From positions 20,026,001-20,090,000 of the forward strand of contig OZ024757.1 in the NCBI GenBank assembly GCA_964016885.1: a DNA stretch of 64,000 nt, given 5' to 3'. This stretch comes from Eledone cirrhosa (taxonomy: Eukaryota). Position 1 is the first letter of the stretch; every line of letters starts with the position of its first letter. Made by a program: the position numbers and the translations under genes. Positions 56,080 through 64,000 of this stretch are shown piece by piece. The notes beneath the pieces are model-generated. The model was not told the origin of the DNA. It ran no database searches and worked only from the letters and a program-made list of their open reading frames with translations.

Positions 56080-56245
56080 TTGCGCGGGAAATCTCGCGAG
56101 ATCGTCGTCACCACCGGCTCCGCTTTCTCCTCTTCTTTCCTCCTTCATTCCCCTCCTCCTTTTCCTCTTCCTTCGCCTGCGCCCATTTCCTACTCCGACT
56201 CCACCGTCACCGCCCACTTCGTCGGCGAGTTGTCATGACAACTGG
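56080..56245. promoter_or_regulatory. Bidirectional CpG-rich promoter between PSMD5 and CCDC180
   Basis: GCGCGGGAAA (E2F-like, 56082-56091), TCTCGCGAGA palindrome (56092-56101), GTTGTCATGACAAC palindromic X-box (56229-56242); local CpG enrichment between divergent ATGs 816 bp apart. Confidence 0.7.
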
Positions 56246-56605
56246 AGAAGCGCTTTGGTAGTTGTTTTGAATTTAGAATTTGATTCTGTTTTCTCTGTTC
56301 TGCGGAAAAAGAAGAGAAAAAACAAACAAACAAACAAACAAACAAACAAAGGAATAATTTACACACACACATATAAATACACGCGTATATACATACACAC
56401 ACATATATATATATATATCAATATATATACATACATACACATATATATACATACACACACATATATATACAATACATACACACACATATATATATACACA
56501 CATATATATATATATATATATATACATACATACGTACATACACACACACATATATATATATATACACACGTACATACACATACATACATACATACATACA
56601 TACAT

Positions 56606-56640
<35 letters not shown>

Positions 56641-56828
56641 GAGAGAGAGAGCGACCTTACAGACAGAATTTACAACATAGCAACAACATTAAACTCAGTT
56701 CCATTTTCTGGGAAAAAAATTCTTCTAGAAATCTCTCGATTGTGATCTTGGAAATATTATGACCTGGTCATTTGTAAGTCTTTTAAGAAAAGAAAAGATA
56801 TTTCTTGGCAACATCGAAAAGGTGAAAA

Positions 56829-56897
56829 ATGCCGCAAACCGATCAAATAAGTCTTATTCCGAGTGGGAAGGTGTATAGTCAGCTCTTTGAAGCTCAG
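56829..56897 (+). CDS. CCDC180: Probable coiled-coil domain-containing protein 180 (CFAP76), first coding exon MPQTDQISLIPSGKVYSQLFEAQ
   Basis: ATG plus CAG|gtaagg donor; resembles the CCDC180 N-terminal VPNGKAYQQIFQAE motif as I recall it; not searched. Confidence 0.7.
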
Positions 56898-56918
56898 GTA
56901 AGGTTTTTCTTTTTCTTC

Positions 56919-56967
<49 letters not shown>

Positions 56968-58054
56968 ACAATCATCATCATCATAATATAATAATCATCA
57001 CCACCATGATCATCATCATCACCGTTTTATGTTCATTCTTCCACCCTAGCATGGGTTAGACAGGTTGTTCCTGTTGTGGGCAGTGTCCGGTCGGCTGACC
57101 TTGTCTTGCTCATACGGGAACTGATTCTGGCTTGATTTCTACAGCTGGATGCCCTTCCTAACACCAACCTCATTTACAATGAGTACTGGGTGCTTTTTTT
57201 TCTGTGGCGCCTACATGACCACTTTACAGTGATGGCTGGGTGCTTTTTTCTGTGGAAAAGCAAAGTTAACCTCGGCGGGATTTGAACTCAGACCATAAAG
57301 GGACGTAACTATGCTGGAAAGCATGGCGTCCGACCCTCTACCGATACTGCCAATCCCCCAATCATGGCCATAATAATAATAATAAATGTTTCTACTTTTG
57401 GCACAAGGCCAGCAATTATCCCAGTGTATTACTGGTACTTTATTCTATCGACTCCCGTAAGGATGAAAGGCAAAGTTAACCTCGGCGGGATTTGAACTCA
57501 GACCATAAAGGGCCGTAACTCTTTGCTGCAAAGCATGGCGTCCGACCCTCTACCGATACTGACAATAATAATAAATGTTTCTACTTTAGGCACAAGGCCA
57601 GCAATTATTTCAGTGTATTAATGGTAATTTATTTTATCGACCCCGTAAGGATGAAAGGCAAAGTTAACCTCGGCTAATAATAATAATAATAGGACAATTT
57701 GTTATGTCTTCATTACGTTTATTGAGTAGTGACGCATGTTTCGCTATTGATCAGCTCAAAGTTCGATCTGTATCGATCTAGCTCGTTAGACCTCTGCTGT
57801 AGTAATGACAGAATGAACCTGTAGAGCTTAGAAACGATTCACATTCATTTATGGTGGTCAGTTACTGTTGTTTTGATTGGTGGTGTGCTATAAGGAATGT
57901 TTTGGTATGTGTGATAACTTGAGTTAACCTACAGTAACTGCACGTTACATTCCATGGATATATACATACATGTACGTACGTACGTATGTATGTATGTATG
58001 TATGTATGTATGTACGTAAGTACGTACGTACGTACGTACGTACGTATGTATGTA

Positions 58055-58640
58055 TGTCCCATGGTCGGGTCGTTGGCGACTAAACTGGCAACCCCACCAA
58101 GGTTTCTTGGTGAGGAGGGTGACTTTGGACATCCGGCAGGACTAAAAACAAAACCTGTCAAAGAGCAAAGAAGCTCTTAAGAGTCAATGGCCATCCAAAA
58201 TCACCGGGACAGCTGACCCCTTAGCCTTTGTCAAGGCAGAATTCTAGGAGAAGGAAAACTCTGATATAACACCTGCAACTCTGATGGTATCCAATGATGT
58301 TGACTTGTTCTTCTTTTTGGTAAATATCATCTTGGTTAAGAGAGTGGGACTGGCTTTGTGCAGTGCCTTTGCTCACTATAAAAGCTTCACGGCACAGGCA
58401 TTGCTTTATATCTGGAGATCTCTCTGCACTTGTCGTCACATGGTACCATGGGCCCAGCACTATGTGTCAATAGTTGTCACAAGTGTAGTGTTTGTACCAG
58501 AGTTTTCAAGTCGCTGGCTGGACTAAAAAGTTACACTCGTTCAGCGCATCGGTAGGGGTTCTCCTACATGGATATAAAGTAGTGGCCGTACTCGAAAACG
58601 AGTTGGCAGCCACCATGTTTGTATGTATGTATGTATGTAT
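58055..58640 (+). mobile_element. ~600-bp non-autonomous retroposon with (ATGT)n tail; copies at 61240-61845 (-), 62625-63115 (+), diverged 61920-62345 (-)
   Basis: Near-identical copies; 3' end encodes a CxxC..LKSH..H finger-like remnant; aggagaaggaaaactctga leader resembles RTE 5' UTRs. Confidence 0.75.
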
Positions 58641-59667
58641 GTAATTAGAGGAAGACCACGAAAAACATGGGCGGAGGTGGTGAGAGCAAACCTCAGACCT
58701 CTGAAGTTCATGGAGGAGATGACGAAGGACCGTGACAAGTGGAGAGATGCTGTGCTGAATAGGACCCGTCCCACCCTTGGAAACAGGGAAAAGCAGACGT
58801 AAGTTGATGATGATGATGTACTTTATCCCAGGTTCAATCGGGGGTAACCACAGTAAGTAAGGTACTCAATACAAAGCAGAGTATAAATATTTAATATAGA
58901 AATGGCTTCTACAGGACTAGAACTGTTTCATTTGGGAGAAATCATCGTTTTCCCAGCTGGATGCCCTTCCTAACACCAACCTCATTTACAGTGAGTGCTG
59001 GGTGCTTTTTTTCCGTGGCACCTCCACGTCCACTTTACAGTGTGGGCTGGGTGCTTTTTTGCCACGGTACCTCCATGACCACTTTGCAGTGGAATGATAT
59101 GGACCCCAGTCCCTATCATCTCATTTCTACAGCTGAGTAAACTGGAGCAATGTGAAATAAAGTGTCTTGCTCAAGGAAACAACACATCACCCGGTCTGAG
59201 AATTGAACTCACAACCTTTCGATTGCTAGGCCAATGCTTTAACCACTAAGCCATGTGCCTCCTTATATATGGATGGATGTATTTTCTGCAAGGTTTTTGA
59301 TATGAAATTATGTGTTGAAACAGATATAGTTATATTTGGGGAGGGTCATATTGTCCTAATATTGACAAAAAAAAAAAACAATAGTAAAACACACTGTTAC
59401 TAGGAAAAAGAAAAGGAAAAGGTTGTTAGTGCAAATTACACACACACATGTACACCTGGTCCGAACACAGAGGAACCAAACTCCCACTGGCTTCGCCTCT
59501 GTCTCTCTCGTCCTCCACATCTCTCACTATTATGAGCAAATGGGGTCCCACCTGCTGACCACCCCCACAGAGCTGGTGGACATAATAGAGAAGGTGTTTC
59601 CCCAGAAGATGATGAGGGAGATGCACTGGACAAGCCATTCCAGCACGTGAGGTTCACACCTGTGGCT

Positions 59668-60273
59668 GGTCAGTTCAGCGCCTATGGTGGTTAGTAGGGA
59701 GGTAGCCCTAGGGCCAAGGACACCAGAAGTCTACTGCTACAGGTAGCCAGCTCAGCACCTAGGGTGTTGAGTAGGGAGGTAGCCCTAGGGCCAAGGACAC
59801 CAGAAGTCTCTACTGCTACAGGTAGCCAGCTCAGCGCCTATGGTGGCGAGTAGGGAGGTAGCCCTAGGGCCAAGGACACCAGAAGTCTCTGCTGCTACGG
59901 GTAGCCAGCTCAGCGCCTATGGTGGTGAGTAGGGAGGTAGCCCTATGGCCAAGGACACCAGAAGTCTCTGCTGCTACAGGTAGCCAGCTCAGCACCTATG
60001 GTGGTGAGTACGGAGGTAGCCCTAGGGCCAAGGACACCAGAAGTCTCTGCTGCTACAGGTAGCCAGCTCAGTGCCTATGGTGGTGAGTACGGAGGTAGCC
60101 CTAGGGCCAAGGACACCAGAAGTCTCTGCTGCTTCGGGTAGATAGCTCAGCGCCTATATTGGTGAGTAGGGAGGTAGCCCTAGGGCCAAGGACACCAGAA
60201 GTCTTCACTGCTAGGGGTAGCAAGCTCAGCACCTAGGGTGTTGAGTAGGGAGGTAGCCCTAGAGCCAAGGACA
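59668..60273. repeat. 79-bp GC-rich tandem array, about 7.5 copies
   Basis: cagctcagcgcctatggtgg at 59827, 59906... Confidence 0.9.
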
Positions 60274-60381
60274 CATTGTTTCCTCGGTCCGATTTGACAA
60301 AAAGTCGATCAACTTCCTCCTCCATATAGAGTGGAAATATATAAATAGTCTAACTTCCTTTCTCAACTCTTCCCATTGCAG

Positions 60382-60512
60382 TCTATGTTGAGTTTGAAGT
60401 TGCTTGAAATAGAACAGCAGCGTGAAGATTCAAAACTGGATTCAAGTTATCAAATACTCCCGACATTACACAATACTTGCGACAGATATTGTAGTGGAGA
60501 CAGTGCTCACAG
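60382..60512 (+). CDS. CCDC180: Probable CCDC180 coding exon 2 (SMLSLKLLEIEQQREDSKLDSSYQILPTLHNTCDRYCSGDSAH)
   Basis: ttgcag acceptor, AG|gtaagt donor; open, phases 0/2 compatible with flanking exons. Confidence 0.68.
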
Positions 60513-60521
60513 GTAAGTATG

Positions 60522-61240
60522 TGTCAGTGGTGGTGGTGGTGGTGGTGGTGGTAGTTTGTCAGTGGTGGTAGTGGTGGTAGTTTGTCAGTGGTGGTGGTGG
60601 TGGTGGTAGTTTTTCAGTGGTGGTGGTGGTGGTTTGTCAGTGGTGGTGGTGGTGGTGGTTTGTCAGTGGTGGTGGTGGTAGTTTGTCAGTGGTGGTGGTG
60701 GTGGTAGTTTGTCAGTGGTGGTGGTGGTGGTAGTTTGTCAGTGGTGGTGGTGGTGGTAGTTTGTCAGTGGTGGTGGTGGTGGTAGTTTGTCAGTGGTGGT
60801 GGTGGTGGTAGTTTGTCGGTGTGGTGGTGGTGGTGGTAGTTTGTCAGTGGGGTGGTGGTAGTTTGTCAGTGTGGTGGTGGTAGTTTGTCAGTGGTGGTGG
60901 TGGTGATGGTAGTTTGTCAGTGGTGGTGGTGGTTTTTCAGTGGTGGTGGTGGTGGTGGTGGTAGTTTGTCAGTGGTGGGCGCGGTGTCAATGGTGGTTGT
61001 GGTGCTGGTGGTGTCAGTGGTGGCGATGATGTTAGTGATGGTGGTGGTGTGTCAGTGGTGTGGTGGTGGTAGTGTCAGTGGTGGTGTCAGTAGTGTGGTG
61101 GTTGAGGTGGTGGTGGTGCAAGTGGAGTTACATACATACACACATACATACATGCACACATATACATACATATATATACATACATACATACACACATACC
61201 TACATACATACATACAAACACACATACACATACATACATA
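60522..61240. repeat. (GGT)n-based minisatellite and (ATAC)n
   Basis: Direct inspection. Confidence 0.9.
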
Positions 61241-63157
61241 GTGGCTGCCAACTCGTTTTCGAGTACGGCCACTACTTTATATCCATGTAGGAGAACCCCT
61301 ACCGATGCGCTGAACGAGTGTGACTTTTTAGTCCAGCCTGCGACTTGAAAACTCTGGTACAAACACTACACTTGTGACAATTATTGACACATAGTGCTGG
61401 GCCCATGGTACCATGTGATTACGAGTGCAGAGAGATCTCCAGATATAAAGCAATGCCTGTGCAGTGAAGCTTTTATAGTGAGCAAAGGCACTGCACAAAG
61501 CCAGTCCCACTCTCTTAACCAAGATGATATTTACCAAAAAGAAGAACAAGTCAACATCATTGGATACCATCAGGGTTGCAGGTGTTATATCAGAGTTTTC
61601 CTTCTCCTAGAATTCTGCCTTGACAAAGGCTAAGGGGTCATCTCACCCGGTGATTTTGGATGGCCATTGACTCTTAAGAGCTCCTTTGCCCTTTGACAGG
61701 TTTTGTTTTTAGTCCTGCAGGATGTCCAAAGTCACCCTCTTCACCAAGAAACCTTGGTGGGGTTGCCAGTTTAGTCGCCAACGACGCGACCATGGGACAG
61801 GTTGTACTGGGATACATGTTACCAGTAGCACCAACTGGTGACCTGACATATACATACATACATACACACATACATATACATACATACATACATTCATAGA
61901 TACATACATATATACATACATGATGGCTGCAAACTCTGTTAAGAGTACTGCAATTGCTTGAAGGATTATAGAGTTTGGTGCACTTTTAGGCTAAGCCAGT
62001 CGCACAAACCTGTTATATATCCTGAACAAGCAATGCCTGTGTTTTGAAGGTTTTTTTAAGTGGGGAAAGGCCATCCCACTCTCTGAGTATCAAAACCACT
62101 ACCTGAAAAGGAGAACTGGTCAACATCATTAGATTCTTCCGAAGCCGCAGGTTTTTTTTTCAGAATCTCTCTCTCCTAGAAAGGTGTTGTGACAACAACT
62201 GGAGGCCTTTCACTCCCTGGTATTAAAAAAAAAAAGAAAAAAAAAAACGTACTATTTGGGTGGCCGTTGAATCTGCGGAGTCCCTGCGCCTTTTGCCGGG
62301 TCTTGTATTTCATCCCGCATGGTGTCCAAATATCACCCTCCTCATCAAGCTTGCTTTATTGGGTCATTCGTCAAGTATGAAATTTGTAGAAATTTGTAGA
62401 AAAAAAAACAAATTTCTACAAATTTCATACTTGACCTTGACGACCTAATATAATTGTTTCTACTTTTGGCACAAGGCCAGCAATTATCCCAGTGCATTAC
62501 CGGTACTTTATTTTATCGACCCCGTAAGGATGAAAGGCAAAGTTAGCCTCGGCCGTAACTCTTTGCTGCAAAGCATGGCATCCGACCCTCTACCGATACT
62601 GCCAATGTATGTATGTATGTATGTATGGACTAAAAACAAGACCTGTCAAAGGGCAAAGGAGCTCTTAAGAGTCAATGGCCATCCAAAATCACAGGGAGAG
62701 ATGACCCCTTAGCCTTTGTCAAGGCAGAATTCTAGGAGAAGGAAAACTCTGATATAACACCTGCAACCCTGATGGTATCCAATGATGTTGACTTGTTCTT
62801 CTTTTTGGTAAATATCATCTTGGTTAAGAGAGTGGGACTGGCTTTGTGCAGTGCCTTTGCTCACTATAAAAGCTTCACGGCACAGGCATTGCTTTATATC
62901 TGGAGATATCTCTGCACTTGTCATCACATGTACCATGGGCCCAGCACTATATGTCAATAATGGTCACAAGTGGGGTGTTTGTGCCAGAGTTTTCAAGTCG
63001 CTGGCTGGACTAAAAAGTCACACTCGTTCAGCGCATCGGTAGGGGTTCTCCTACATGGATATAAAGTAGTGGCCGTACTCGAAAACGAGTTGGCAGCCAC
63101 CATGTATGTATGTATGTTTGTAATGAAAAGTAAGTTTGTTATATATTATAATTTCAG

Positions 63158-63252
63158 AGGGATTGAAACGTTTAAGATAGACAAGGACAGAAAATTAATT
63201 TCAATGGCCAGCATACGTGAGGTCATTGCCTTACCGGAAATCATCGGTGAAG
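63158..63252 (+). CDS. CCDC180: Probable CCDC180 coding exon 3 (RGIETFKIDKDRKLISMASIREVIALPEIIGE); gene continues beyond window
   Basis: tttcag acceptor, G|gttggt donor; REVxxLxxxI resembles CCDC180 AREVRGLMDTI (from memory). Confidence 0.66.
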
Positions 63253-64000
63253 GTTGGTTTTTCTCTTTTACATTTTTAAATCTTAAAAAAAAAAAACATT
63301 CCAAAAAATCATTTCAAATTTTCTTCTGTTTTCTTCATCATCATCATCATCATAATTTAACGTCTATCTTCCACACTAGCATGGGTTAGACGGGAATTGT
63401 CCCACTTGAGGCAAGATTTGTCAGGTGACCGTGTCTCGCTAGTATAGAACTGTCTGGATGCCCTTCCTAACACCAACCACATTTACAGTGTGGACTAGGA
63501 GCTTTTACCACACTGTAAATGTGGTTGGTGTTAGGAAGGGCATCCAATCTAATATAATCTAATCTGGCCGAGTTTACACTCGCAAATAAGAAGAACCAGG
63601 GTCACCCCTAGGAGCATTGGATTTGGTGTACTTCATATTTGTTTCGGTTGTTGAATACAATCAGGGGTCGCTGCTTCTCCTGAAGGTCAATAGTTCTCTT
63701 CTAACTCGAGCAGGAGCGCCTTTCCATCGTCAATTTGCATTGCTCATCTACAAAGCCACATTGTTCTCAGAACCACTACACCAGTATTTCGATGCGTGCA
63801 GCTGGAACTACTGTCACCCATTTGACAGGATCGCAACTCATTTCTACAGCTGAGTAAACTGGAGCAATGTGAAATAAAGTGTCTTGCTCAAGGAAACAAC
63901 ACATCACCCGGTCTGAGAATTGAACTCACAACCTTTCGATTGCTAGGCCAATGCTTTAACCACTAAGCCATGTGCCTCCTTATATATGGATGGATGTATT

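Overview
Eukaryotic, AT-rich, microsatellite- and retroposon-dense genomic DNA. The SINE/RTE/CR1/Penelope mix and huge (AT)n/(AC)n/(CAT)n tracts suggest an octopod cephalopod (inference). Nearly all ORFs in the track are repeat artefacts. I assembled three intron-containing genes by hand from GT-AG junctions and phase continuity. (1) A minus-strand secreted trypsin/chymotrypsin-fold (peptidase S1) gene: 5 exons at 27667-360, last exon outside the window; catalytic His57 is Gly (TAAGC) and Asp102 is Asn, so it is a probable pseudo-protease. (2) A complete 8-exon PSMD5 (26S proteasome chaperone S5b; 507 aa) on the minus strand, 56013-38833. (3) The first three coding exons of a probable CCDC180/CFAP76 ciliary gene on the plus strand from 56829, head-to-head with PSMD5 across a short promoter carrying E2F-like, TCTCGCGAGA and palindromic RFX X-box motifs. 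Introns hold intron-specific tandem arrays, several seeded from SINE, RTE or MITE fragments. There are also multiple type I hammerhead-ribozyme-like motifs (Penelope/retrozyme type) and a set of long fold-back palindromes, several containing hammerhead half-motifs.
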